From a virus, in the IMG/VR virus record IMGVR_UViG_3300019458_000024, positions 82,209-146,208 of that record: a stretch of DNA of 64,000 bases, one strand, 5' to 3'. The notes beneath the pieces were generated by a model. The model had not been told where the DNA came from. It worked only from the letters and a program-made list of their open reading frames with translations, and made no database searches. Below are positions 36,038 through 45,763 of the stretch, piece by piece. The position numbers and the translations under genes are program-made. Numbering within the stretch: the first letter of the stretch is position 1; the number at the start of each line of letters is the position of its first letter.

Positions 36038-38594
36038 GCCACTTCTACAAAGAGCTGCGCTACTCCAGGAAGCAGCTGCCGCATTATCAAAAGCGGCAAG
36101 ACTAGTCACAGAAGAGGAAAGCGAATGTGGTACCTGCTGCTCTTCTTGTGAGATTGGAAAATCTTGTAGTGATACACCGGATGATGGTCTTTGTGTAGAT
36201 GAATTTGCTCATGATTTATTGGCCATCGGCATTGCCCACGAACTGGAAAACACTACCAGTCAATCAGTTGCACAAGACCTTGCTATAGAAAATCTCAAAA
36301 AAGATAAGAATTACTATAGTAATACCGATAAAGTTAAAAAATCTAAAACCTTCAATTGGAAAGTTAAAAAGAATTTTAAACCAGTTAGAAAAATCAACTT
36401 TCAAGGGTTAGATATTTCCATTGAGCATGACACTGGAATGGTTCGCCATTGGAAAGACGAAGCTACTGGTGAAGAGGGTTTTAGAAAGATGCATTTTCCG
36501 TATGGCTACATTTGCAGAACAGATGGGGCCGATAACGAACAGCTCGATTGTGTGCATCCGTCTACAAAGATAACCATGTCAGACTTGTCTTTGAGAACTG
36601 CGAACGAGGTGTCGATAGGCGACTCAGTTTTAGCTTTTGATGAATTGCCACATGGTAGAGAAAATCCACGCCGGCTAAAACACAGCAAAATTACAAATAT
36701 CAAAAAGGGAACAGCTAATTCGATAAAATTCACGTTTGAAGACGACTCAACATTAATAACCACTCTTGGTCATCAAAATTTGGTGTTTTCGGGTAAGGAC
36801 GCTACGTGGAGAAGATCCGACAAAATTACTGTAGGTCAAGAGTTTTGTAAACTGTACGCAACAGTTGAAAATCAGATAACTAAAAAGTACGCGCAAGGTT
36901 ACTTGTATGGCGCGTACTTGGGTGATGGATCTGTTAGATTGAACCATCCTACGCTCAATTATATCGACATATCAGTAGTCGTATCGGATCATGCCATCAT
37001 AGAAAGAATTTCCCAATTTTGGAAATTACTGGGAGTGCAAACTGACACAGTTTCTAGAGTTTTTACCCCCAAGCAATCTACTGCAGAAATAGAGCCTGGA
37101 CGTATAGTAAAATCGACACAGGATATGATTGGCTTATTTCTTCGTAAAAAGCGGGTTATTAGCGACTGCGCAGCAACATTACAGACAATTGAGGTGTCGA
37201 ATGAGCAGTGGTGTAGGGGGTTTTTAGCTGGATTGTTCGACACCGACGGATGCTTGGTACGTGGACGAGAGGTTTGTTTTACACAAGTAAAAAAACAAGA
37301 AGAAACATTTTCACTAATTTCCAGTGCTTGTGAAAAATTAGGATATAAGACTTCTAAACGAAACTTACATCTTTTCGTTTTGACTAACAATCTTAACAAT
37401 TTACATGCTTTAAGTTTTTTGAGCATTATTAATCCAGTGCTATTAAGAAAAAAAGATTTAACAGGAAAAGTGGTGCGTTTCGACGCTAGCAAAGTTCGAA
37501 AAATTGAGTATCTGAAGACAGAATTTGTAGCCATTGAAACGGACGCCCAAACATACATAGCTAATGGTTTAGCTACGCACAACTGCTTCGTTGGTCCAGA
37601 CGACAAATCGGACAAAGTGTACGTTGTTCATCAGATGAAAAAACCTGATTTTAAGCAGTACGATGAGGATAAAGTAATAGTAGGCGCAGGCAGTGTTAGA
37701 GAAGCAAAAAACATTTATTTAATGCACTTTGACAGTCCAAAATTCCTTGGGTCTATGACGACTACCACAATGGCCGATTTTAAAAGAATGTTTATAAACA
37801 AAAGCGGACTTTTAAAAGAATATGAAGAGCTTCGTAGAAGTGTAAAAGATGAAAAAGACGCACGGCTTAAGGGCATGTGGACCAAGATTAAAGATGCCTT
37901 CTCCGAAGAGGAGATAAAACCCACCAAAACTTGGGTTAGAAACAGTAAAGACAAGTGTAAAACTGGGGTGTGTGAGCGTTTAGACGGTCAAAAAATATCT
38001 ATTGATGATACGTTTGAAGCTATGAAAGGTATGCAGGTAGACGGTCCTCCTGCGCACACAGGTTGTAAATGTGGTTTATTTTTTGAAGTATCTAAATCTA
38101 TAATGCCTGAAATGGGTACGAACGTACCTAATATGGGTATGCCAATGGTAAGGATGATTGATCCTCACGACGTAGAAACTTTTGAAGGAGTTCAATCACT
38201 TATAGGACGAATGGGTTCAGTAAAAGACCCAGAACTAATGGAAATAGCGAGTAAAATATGGGGAGACGGTTACAACTTCGAAGGAAAGCGACCAGATCAA
38301 GCGAGGGCAGAGATTCTTGGATTCCTGAGGGATCAGAGAGACCTACTAGGGGTGCAGTACGTAGAGACTTCGATACTAGAGTCACATCCTATGCTAAATT
38401 CACAGGACACGGCATCCCCTGGATCATCAGACTATTACAACGAATCTCCGAACTCGGAAAAGCAGGAGGCCCTGGGGCAACCAGAGGGCAACTCCTTAGG
38501 AGAGGAGTCTCAGGACACACAATCGACGAATTGGTCGGATCAGGACTCCTCAAAGAAACCAAAGACGGATTCATCAGAAAATACAGTGTTGTAG
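36024..38594 (+). CDS. multidomain head protein: DUF5661-like + inorganic-pyrophosphatase-like (intein-split) + MuF-like Cys motif
   Basis: GIAHELE...AIENLKKDKNYY; FQGLDISIE...YGYI..TDGADNEQLD|CFVGP...YDEDKV; GPPAHTGCKC. Confidence 0.75.
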   Translation: MNKTEPLLQRAALLQEAAAALSKAARLVTEEESECGTCCSSCEIGKSCSDTPDDGLCVDEFAHDLLAIGIAHELENTTSQSVAQDLAIENLKKDKNYYSNTDKVKKSKTFNWKVKKNFKPVRKINFQGLDISIEHDTGMVRHWKDEATGEEGFRKMHFPYGYICRTDGADNEQLDCVHPSTKITMSDLSLRTANEVSIGDSVLAFDELPHGRENPRRLKHSKITNIKKGTANSIKFTFEDDSTLITTLGHQNLVFSGKDATWRRSDKITVGQEFCKLYATVENQITKKYAQGYLYGAYLGDGSVRLNHPTLNYIDISVVVSDHAIIERISQFWKLLGVQTDTVSRVFTPKQSTAEIEPGRIVKSTQDMIGLFLRKKRVISDCAATLQTIEVSNEQWCRGFLAGLFDTDGCLVRGREVCFTQVKKQEETFSLISSACEKLGYKTSKRNLHLFVLTNNLNNLHALSFLSIINPVLLRKKDLTGKVVRFDASKVRKIEYLKTEFVAIETDAQTYIANGLATHNCFVGPDDKSDKVYVVHQMKKPDFKQYDEDKVIVGAGSVREAKNIYLMHFDSPKFLGSMTTTTMADFKRMFINKSGLLKEYEELRRSVKDEKDARLKGMWTKIKDAFSEEEIKPTKTWVRNSKDKCKTGVCERLDGQKISIDDTFEAMKGMQVDGPPAHTGCKCGLFFEVSKSIMPEMGTNVPNMGMPMVRMIDPHDVETFEGVQSLIGRMGSVKDPELMEIASKIWGDGYNFEGKRPDQARAEILGFLRDQRDLLGVQYVETSILESHPMLNSQDTASPGSSDYYNESPNSEKQEALGQPEGNSLGEESQDTQSTNWSDQDSSKKPKTDSSENTVL
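36549..37583 (+). mobile_element. intein (345 aa) with LAGLIDADG endonuclease
   Basis: Starts CVHPST, TLGH, YGAYLGDG and LAGLFDTDG, ends ATHN followed by Cys. Confidence 0.92.
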
Positions 38595-38615
38595 AAATAT
38601 TGTAAAGTCACACCA

Positions 38616-38645
38616 TTGACATGTAAATTTAAATATTGTTATAAT
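38616..38645 (+). promoter_or_regulatory. consensus sigma70 promoter with extended -10
   Basis: TTGACA 38616-21, 18-nt spacer, TG-n-TATAAT 38637-45; ATG at 38672. Confidence 0.75.
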
Positions 38646-38671
38646 TTACCTCTTTCTCGGGGTAAAAAACT

Positions 38672-41485
38672 ATGTTAATTCCAAATCTTGACTTAGAAAC
38701 CCTGATGAAGGCAGCGCAGCCTACTTCACCTCCACGTGGTGGAAAATACTTACATAGGGAGTGGGCGGGTGAAAGGTGGAGATATTATTATAATGATGAT
38801 AAATCACCGGCGCATGGGTTCACTGCCGTAGGCAATATAAACGACACTACGTTTGCCCACAGCTTGTCCTCTGTAGCAGAGAATTTATCAGGAGATCCTG
38901 AAAAGGACTATAAATCTGCTTTAGAAAAACTTATAGCTAATCCTAATGTAAAACATCCCGTAGCTAACCCTCAAGGTGGGGATGATTTGATTTTGAGCAC
39001 TATTGTCTCTAAATCAGGTACTAGGATACTGCGAATGTCAGACAAGTCTGGTAGTAAAATTAAAGACTTCAGTAGTAGGGGCGCTTACGAACTGTGGTAC
39101 CTTGGAACATCTAACACTACGCAATTCCTAGATCACACTGGTATGCCGATGTTTGAAGTTCGTCCAAAAGTAGGCAGAGTGGTTGATGGAGAGTTTGTAC
39201 CGAACACTACTAAGACAGTTAAAAAACTGGCTAGTGGAGTAGAAAAAGAATACGCCGCTAACAAATGGTGGGTTGAGTATTGTAAAGACTATCCTGCTGA
39301 AAAAAGACTAGGAAAAGTTGAAAAATGGCAAAAGTCATCTAGACAAAATGCTGAGATCTTTGTTCGTAAATTGATTAGAGATCAAGAATTGTCTGCCGGT
39401 GTTCCTCAAAAGAATTTTGAATTATCAAAAGACGAAACTATAGCAGTAGATGGAGCCAAAAAAGACACAGCTCACGCCTCTCCAGGTTCTGTCGCTGATA
39501 AAATTCAGAGCGGAGCCTTCAAATGGCGCATTAATAAAGAGACCGGTAAGCGTGAATTAGACTTAGACCAGAGTAAAAAAGACGCCCTTATTGCGCAAAC
39601 AACTAAAGAATATTATAAAGTTGTAATGTCATTGGCTAACCAAATGGCTAGTAACGAATTGTTTACTAAAGACAATAGAACTAGTATGTATGGCAGTACT
39701 GGCAAGTGGGGATGGATTGAGCGATTTTTGGGGTCTGATGCTGTGGAGCGTTCTACTCCACCAGACTTCATATTTCCTTCTCCAGAGTCTCCCACGTATA
39801 AGGCAGCTAACCACGCGCTAAATACCTTCGATCCTGCTATGGGCGTCGGCTTTACTGGGTATTTTGCTGGGAAACAAGGTATTTTATATTGGAAAATGCG
39901 ACTGTCGCAGGATGAATTTATAAATGAAATTAAAACCGAAAGCGACACGTCACGTAGCAAGGAAGGGGAGGAGTACCAGTCTGAATTGAGCGCAACGGAT
40001 GAACAAAGAGAAACCAGTGCACATCTTCAAACTACTGAAAATTTATCTGAAGATAGTGATGTGGAAACTTGGACACAGTCTATTAAAAATTTGATAGATA
40101 AGTGGGAAGAAAGCGCACCAGACTACCAAAAAGATAAGAGAGAAAAGATTAAAGAGGTTTTAGCCTCATTTTTACAGCTTAAACCCATTGATCAACCTAA
40201 ATACATGCCGCATGTGAATGAAATTCTTACAGAATTGGTAGATTGGCGGTCAATTTTAGGTAAGGCACTTGAACTTTCAGCAATGGACTTACTTAAAGCT
40301 GATATGGCACTCTTAACAAGAGATAAGAAAGTAGCGCCCGATCATGAGTATTCTCATATGGAAGGGGAAAAGGATAGTAATCCTAAATACTATTATAAAG
40401 ATCCAGTAGGAAACGTTATCAGATATTCTAATGCACCTACGGGACACTCAGACAGATCACAGCAGTATGGAGAAGCTGCGCCACATTTTACAGAGCCACA
40501 ATTTGACAGTAACCCGGAATATTTCACCCCGGATGGCCGAAAGTTGAGTAGGTGTCCTGACTGCGATCCTAATGCCGTAGAATGGAATTCTAATTACAGT
40601 CAATATGACCCGCAGAATCTGTGGGTGGGTCGTTGGATTGACCCTATTACTGGAAAGCAACAATATACTTATCTAGACGCAGATTTAAGAAATTTTCCTA
40701 GACTAAGAATTCATCAACAAAACGCCATTACTGATGTGCGACTACCTGCGCTTAGGGAGTATGCAACATCTTTGTTTGTTAGTGATCGTCTCAAAGACCA
40801 GTTAACAGCTTTGGCGCTAGTACTATTGGATCAGGGTCGCATGAGGGTAGTGGAACTAGCTACCTTAACACCTGCTCATATTGTATTTGAGGGTTCTATT
40901 GTAAATTTAGGAAATAGAAAAATATATGCAGATAATACGCTACGATCTGCTTTGGAAATTCTGAAGTTGAAAAAGAACCCTGATGAGCCTCTATTTGCAG
41001 TGCCTCTGCAAAAACAAGATGGGAGTATTGATACATCTCTTCAGAGGCTAATAGGTCCAAACTATTTATCATCTGTATTGGATCAATTGGGAATACCTCT
41101 TCTTGGATTGCAAACTTATCATGCAACTATGTGCTTCACAAGAAAACTGCAAAGACTAGTTTCTCAGTATGCGGTTCCGTGGGATCAAGCAGTTCAGCAA
41201 GCCCTACTAGCATCAGCATTAGAATGGGGACATGATTTTAGTCAAGAAGTAAGTGCACCAATGATTTTACAACTTACACAGTCTGTGTTGATTGATCCTG
41301 TTGTAGTAGACGCTTTGAAAAGATCTGCAAATGAACAAGGATTGCTATACAATATTCAGACTCAAGAACTTCCCGCAAGTTCTATCCCCATTCCTTATGT
41401 CTCTCTAGAAATGACTGGAAAAACTTCTGAAGAGATAGAGTTTAGTAAGTGGCTACATTCCACTCCAATTCACGAGTATGCATAA
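38672..41485 (+). CDS. large head-region protein with C-terminal degenerate topoisomerase-IB-like domain
   Basis: TGKQQYTY, ALVLLDQGRMRV, EPLF, LQTYHAT, LEWGH, VLIDP align by eye to Topo IB motifs. Confidence 0.65.
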   Translation: MLIPNLDLETLMKAAQPTSPPRGGKYLHREWAGERWRYYYNDDKSPAHGFTAVGNINDTTFAHSLSSVAENLSGDPEKDYKSALEKLIANPNVKHPVANPQGGDDLILSTIVSKSGTRILRMSDKSGSKIKDFSSRGAYELWYLGTSNTTQFLDHTGMPMFEVRPKVGRVVDGEFVPNTTKTVKKLASGVEKEYAANKWWVEYCKDYPAEKRLGKVEKWQKSSRQNAEIFVRKLIRDQELSAGVPQKNFELSKDETIAVDGAKKDTAHASPGSVADKIQSGAFKWRINKETGKRELDLDQSKKDALIAQTTKEYYKVVMSLANQMASNELFTKDNRTSMYGSTGKWGWIERFLGSDAVERSTPPDFIFPSPESPTYKAANHALNTFDPAMGVGFTGYFAGKQGILYWKMRLSQDEFINEIKTESDTSRSKEGEEYQSELSATDEQRETSAHLQTTENLSEDSDVETWTQSIKNLIDKWEESAPDYQKDKREKIKEVLASFLQLKPIDQPKYMPHVNEILTELVDWRSILGKALELSAMDLLKADMALLTRDKKVAPDHEYSHMEGEKDSNPKYYYKDPVGNVIRYSNAPTGHSDRSQQYGEAAPHFTEPQFDSNPEYFTPDGRKLSRCPDCDPNAVEWNSNYSQYDPQNLWVGRWIDPITGKQQYTYLDADLRNFPRLRIHQQNAITDVRLPALREYATSLFVSDRLKDQLTALALVLLDQGRMRVVELATLTPAHIVFEGSIVNLGNRKIYADNTLRSALEILKLKKNPDEPLFAVPLQKQDGSIDTSLQRLIGPNYLSSVLDQLGIPLLGLQTYHATMCFTRKLQRLVSQYAVPWDQAVQQALLASALEWGHDFSQEVSAPMILQLTQSVLIDPVVVDALKRSANEQGLLYNIQTQELPASSIPIPYVSLEMTGKTSEEIEFSKWLHSTPIHEYA

Positions 41486-41904
41486 TGAAAAAACTTCCAA
41501 GAGAACTATTAGGACTTACTAAAGAAACGCTAGAAGATACTTGCCACAGGTGTGGTTTGTGCTGCTATTCCTCTGTAAAATTTGACAAGGGAAATATTTT
41601 CCTGCCTGAGCTAAGATGTCGTCATCTGGAATTCGATGAAAATAAGAAATCTTGTTGTAATGTTTATGAGAACAGGCATGAAGTGACGAAGGGGTGGTGT
41701 TTACCTTTAGTAGATGCTATTGAGAAAGGTGTGTTCCCAGACAATTGTCCTTATGTTAAAGACGTAAAAGATTACGTTGGAACTGCAGTTCTTTCTGAAG
41801 AAGCGTATCAAATGGTACGCCCAACTATTCAAAAAGCGCTTGCTGAGGGTGGCAAGCCAGAATGGGTTAACGAGGACCATTGGAACGAATTTCTCAAGAA
41901 GTAA
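41485..41904 (+). CDS. YkgJ/CxxCxxCC cysteine-cluster protein
   Basis: CHRCGLCC...CRHL...CNVYENR...C. Confidence 0.8.
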   Translation: MKKLPRELLGLTKETLEDTCHRCGLCCYSSVKFDKGNIFLPELRCRHLEFDENKKSCCNVYENRHEVTKGWCLPLVDAIEKGVFPDNCPYVKDVKDYVGTAVLSEEAYQMVRPTIQKALAEGGKPEWVNEDHWNEFLKK

Positions 41905-42101
41905 TTCTTAGATGTACTTGCTCTGAGGTAGTCATGAAATCTCGTGAAGGCGAGGAGATTATCAGAGCTAAAGTATTGATTATAAAAGAGAATCAGGTTT
42001 ACGCAGTGTGTAAAAAGTGTAATTCTGAAGTTGAATTACCGCTTAAAAAGTCTGAACACAGGTCTGACGACTACGGTCCGGAACTATATCTGGATAAGTA
42101 G
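41880..42101 (+). CDS. small zinc-ribbon protein
   Basis: CTC...CKKC; start uncertain. Confidence 0.55.
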   Translation: MERISQEVILRCTCSEVVMKSREGEEIIRAKVLIIKENQVYAVCKKCNSEVELPLKKSEHRSDDYGPELYLDK

Positions 42102-42129
42102 GTTCATGTAAATAATTGTAATTTTTTGC

Positions 42130-42158
42130 TTGACGTGGCGTTGTCAACATCATACGCT
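42130..42158 (+). promoter_or_regulatory. putative sigma70-like promoter
   Basis: TTGACG, 17 nt, TACGCT; also contains TTGAC-N8-GTCAA. Confidence 0.4.
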
Positions 42159-42199
42159 CATATAAGCAATTACAATTATTTAGCATGATGCTCCAATAA

Positions 42200-42240
42200 A
42201 GGGAGGCTTGCCTAGCAGAGGTTTGCCTCCCTAATTTTTT
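42200..42240 (+). terminator. hairpin AGGGAGGC/GCCTCCCT plus T-run immediately upstream of the protease gene (terminator or attenuator)
   Basis: 8-bp stem, 17-nt loop, followed by AATTTTTT. Confidence 0.45.
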
Positions 42241-42243
42241 ATA

Positions 42244-43062
42244 ATGAAGCTTACAGAAACCAACGGTAAAAAACTTTTAGTGAACGGAAATGATTTTCAT
42301 TTCTTTGTTCCTATAGAAGTTGTCAAAAAAGCTGAAGGTAAGGATAGCGACAGAGTTATCCAGGGTATTGCTTCTACTGATGATAAGGATCTTCAGGGGG
42401 AGGTAGTTTACCAAAAGGGTATTGACTTCTCCTATTTCCTTGAAAATGGTTATATCAACGATGACCACAAAGAAGGCCCGGAGCATAAAGTTGGTGAGCC
42501 TTTAGATTGTAAAATGACTGCAGATGGTCTTTGGATTAAAGCCAAACTATATAAAGGAAAGGCGAGATCAGACTATTGGTGGGAGCACATTAACACTCTT
42601 GCTGCGAATGAGTCTAACAGGAAAGTTGGCTTTTCCATTCAAGGTAAAATTCTTAGACGAGAAGGTCACACTATTCTTAAGTGTTGGCTACAAGATGTGG
42701 CTATTACCGCCAGTCCAGTAAATACACATACTTGGGCAGAGATTGTTAAGTCTTTGTCAAAAGAAACCTGGTGCAAACATCCTTGGGAAGATAATTGTGT
42801 CGGTGGCTGCTGCGCTTGCAATGGTCCCCTCCATGAAGATGTAACTAAAGAAGAAAAAGCGCTTTCCGCTGGTGGAATGGGTAGAGTTATCACTCCCCAA
42901 TCCCTGGAAGGCCGAATGAAAGTTCAAACGTTTAAAAGTAATAACGTTGAACGAATCTCCTTTGATGAGGCGATTCGATATATCCAAGAAAATAAAGGAT
43001 ATAACTATATCACGGCAAAAGCATTAGCTGATGCCATTTTTGTAACGCATGGAATCCACTAG
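42244..43062 (+). CDS. prohead protease (HK97/U35-like)
   Basis: IQGIAST...DLQGE, NDDH, VGFSIQG, VAITASPVN. Confidence 0.92.
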   Translation: MKLTETNGKKLLVNGNDFHFFVPIEVVKKAEGKDSDRVIQGIASTDDKDLQGEVVYQKGIDFSYFLENGYINDDHKEGPEHKVGEPLDCKMTADGLWIKAKLYKGKARSDYWWEHINTLAANESNRKVGFSIQGKILRREGHTILKCWLQDVAITASPVNTHTWAEIVKSLSKETWCKHPWEDNCVGGCCACNGPLHEDVTKEEKALSAGGMGRVITPQSLEGRMKVQTFKSNNVERISFDEAIRYIQENKGYNYITAKALADAIFVTHGIH

Positions 43063-43074
43063 GAGGATAAAATA

Positions 43075-44124
43075 ATGTCGAGTATTGCAAAGTCTGACTT
43101 CCATGCTGCCCTCCAGAACCTGGAAAACATGGCTAAAGCACAGGGAGCAACCCAGCTTTACCACACTTCTAGTGATTCCGATCCGGGCAGCCATGCTGGG
43201 ACTAACACCAGTGACTATCAAGATGAGCATGAGGATGGTATTGATGATAACGGCACCGATTATAATGGTGTGAAAAAGGCTCTTGCGGCCAAGGTTGAGA
43301 AGTCTCAGGCTCTCACCCCAGCTGAAGTTGCTATCGTCAAAGGCCAGGATCCTCGGCCATTTATTGCAGATAAGGTGGCCAAAGGTGCTACTCTAACTGC
43401 TGCTGAATCGTGGGTCACCAAGGGTGGCTACGATAAGATGACCAAAGGTAATGATAAGCCCCAACCGGCCGGCACCCCTGGTGAAAATAAGGACGCTAAC
43501 AGCGTTCCAGATTCCCATGGTGGCGACAATGATGATGACGAAATTGAAGCTGACGCTAAGAAGTCACTTCAGGGTGCGATTGCAGAAAGCACCAACCTTC
43601 GCAAAGGTATTGAAATGAGCGCTATTCTTGCCGAGTTTGCTCGTGCAATGGGTACTGCTCTTCAAGGTACTGAAGCAAGGGTTGCTAAGAGCGTTCTTGC
43701 AGCTATTTCTCCGGTTGTGGAGAGGGTTGCTGCACTTGAAGCATCTCTTAGCAAGTCGGTTCGTTCTCAAAATGAATTCAACAAGGGTCTTGCTGAGACT
43801 GTTGTTGGTATTGGTCAGCACATTGCCGGTGGTTCTGAACTGGCGGCTAATCAAGCTTCTCAGCCCGCTGGTGGGCCCAAGAGCCAATTCCGAAGTGGAA
43901 CTGGCAATGGCGTGCAAGCTGTTGAGAAATCCTTTGGTCCAGGTGGCGTCCCGAACGGACGTGAAGCACTTGCCAAATCGCAAATTGTCGATTCCATGTA
44001 TGAGTTGGTGAAGAGCAATAAGCTCAATTCGCTTGAACTCTGCAAGTATGAGATGACTGGCGAAATTTCCCCAAATGTTCAACAACTGGTGATGGCCCAC
44101 GTTAGTGGTCCTCGGCAGTCCTAA
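43075..44124 (+). CDS. putative scaffold protein
   Basis: Between protease and MCP; acidic/coiled-coil; AGGAGG SD. Confidence 0.7.
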   Translation: MSSIAKSDFHAALQNLENMAKAQGATQLYHTSSDSDPGSHAGTNTSDYQDEHEDGIDDNGTDYNGVKKALAAKVEKSQALTPAEVAIVKGQDPRPFIADKVAKGATLTAAESWVTKGGYDKMTKGNDKPQPAGTPGENKDANSVPDSHGGDNDDDEIEADAKKSLQGAIAESTNLRKGIEMSAILAEFARAMGTALQGTEARVAKSVLAAISPVVERVAALEASLSKSVRSQNEFNKGLAETVVGIGQHIAGGSELAANQASQPAGGPKSQFRSGTGNGVQAVEKSFGPGGVPNGREALAKSQIVDSMYELVKSNKLNSLELCKYEMTGEISPNVQQLVMAHVSGPRQS

Positions 44125-44155
44125 CCCCGAATCTTAGTTAAGGAGATAAAATAAA

Positions 44156-45601
44156 ATGACTATTAGTCTTTCACACTATAATCAGGGGGGTCTTAATGGA
44201 TTCGGAACTGATCAGTCTGCTAGCGTTGCTGAACTTCAGAAAGCGCTAGAAGCTGGCTACCAAATCTCTAGTCAGACTGGTGGATCGGCACTTCGCGTTG
44301 AGTCTCTTGAGGGTTCCCTCAAGGTCGTGACGTATACTGCCCATCACATCAAGTTCTGGAAGAAGATCCCTAAGAGCCCCGCATACAGCACTGTTGAAGA
44401 ATACAACCAACTGGTTGACTACGGCAGTGATGCAACGGCCTTTGTCCAGGAAGGCGAGCTTCCCCCGACTCAGGATACTACTTATGCTCGTAGGACCAGC
44501 CTCGTTAAGTACATTGGTACTACGCGAGAGGTTACGCATCCAATGACCGTGGTGCACCCCGCTCACGGCGATGTTATCGCTCTGGAAAACCAGAACGGTA
44601 TCCTCTGGCTGCTTGAGCGTATGGAGAATGCACTCTTCCACGGCGACAGCTCTCTTGCTTTCGACGGTGAGAGTGAGTCCTGGGATGGTCTTGACGCTCT
44701 GATTGACCCAACCTCTTTTATCGATCTTGAAGGACAACCCCTTCAGGAGGCGGATATTGAGGAAGGTGCTAATCAGCTTGTTGAGAACTTTGCGTATCCA
44801 ACGGACTTGTGGCTTGGTACTCGTGTTGCTAGTGACTTGGTCAAGACGTTCTATCCTAAAGAGCGCGTGCAGCTTCCTGCCCCGCAAAATGGGATGGTTG
44901 GTCTGTCCATCAATAGCGTCATGACTCAAGCTGGCGTTATGGAACTTAATCCTAACGTGTTCCTTAAGAGGAATCCTTCGCCTCCGGCTGCTGCTACTAG
45001 CGCCAGTGCTCCTGCGGCTCCTGCCACGGTTGCCAGTGCTCTTGCGGCTACCGGTGCTGGTGATTTCAATAAGGCTGCACCGGCCGGTACTAATGAGTAT
45101 GCTTATGCAGTGACTGCGGCTAACCGTTTTGGTGAGTCGGCTCCGGTTCTTATCGGCGCTAATCAGTCAATCTCTCAAGCCCTCAAAGATGCTGGTAACC
45201 AGATTAACGTTACTATTACCAATCCTGGTGCCATTGGCCCATTCCCCCCGGAATTCTTCCGTGTTTACCGCACCCGTCCCTTGGCTGTCGGTGCTGGTGT
45301 CCCGGCAGACCTTAGTCAATACTCATTGATCATGCAACTTCCTGCGGCTTCGCAGGCGGCTGCTGGTGCTACGGTAGCGATGGATGTTAACTTCATCCTT
45401 CCGTTCACTGAGGTGGCGTATATGGGTGAGATGACTCCATCGGTGCTTACGTTCCGACAACTGCTGCCCATGCTCCGCATGGACCTTGCAGTGTTGGCTC
45501 CGGCGTTCCGTTGGATGATCTTGCTGTACGGTACTCCCTTGCTGTTTGCGAGCAAAAAGTTCCTGCGTTTTGTTAACGTGGGCCGACTTGAACGCGCGTA
45601 A
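44156..45601 (+). CDS. major capsid protein (SPO1/Twort-like)
   Basis: LQKALEAGY..SQTGGSALRVESLE, STVEEY, F..EG, DLEGQPL, EYAYAVTAAN..GES, QLLPM. Confidence 0.9.
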   Translation: MTISLSHYNQGGLNGFGTDQSASVAELQKALEAGYQISSQTGGSALRVESLEGSLKVVTYTAHHIKFWKKIPKSPAYSTVEEYNQLVDYGSDATAFVQEGELPPTQDTTYARRTSLVKYIGTTREVTHPMTVVHPAHGDVIALENQNGILWLLERMENALFHGDSSLAFDGESESWDGLDALIDPTSFIDLEGQPLQEADIEEGANQLVENFAYPTDLWLGTRVASDLVKTFYPKERVQLPAPQNGMVGLSINSVMTQAGVMELNPNVFLKRNPSPPAAATSASAPAAPATVASALAATGAGDFNKAAPAGTNEYAYAVTAANRFGESAPVLIGANQSISQALKDAGNQINVTITNPGAIGPFPPEFFRVYRTRPLAVGAGVPADLSQYSLIMQLPAASQAAAGATVAMDVNFILPFTEVAYMGEMTPSVLTFRQLLPMLRMDLAVLAPAFRWMILLYGTPLLFASKKFLRFVNVGRLERA

Positions 45602-45627
45602 ACTAAGTAATTAGTTAAAAGCAACAA

Positions 45628-45670
45628 GCCCGCACATCAAATAAATCGCTTATTGATGTGCGGGCATTTT
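45628..45670 (+). terminator. rho-independent terminator after MCP
   Basis: 13-bp perfect stem GCCCGCACATCAA/TTGATGTGCGGGC followed by ATTTT. Confidence 0.8.
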
Positions 45671-45763
45671 AGCTAAATACGTAAAATTTATAGAAAAGTA
45701 GTACTAAAAATTAGCTTAGCTTAATTTTCTATTTAACCTTATAATATTATTCGGTATATCTTT

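Noticed and set aside
44246-44929. Long antisense ORFs (also 43564-44100, 36989-37615, 58577-59191, 9011-9541 and similar)
   Set aside because: They shadow well-supported + strand genes, lack motifs and SDs, and are explained by codon bias.
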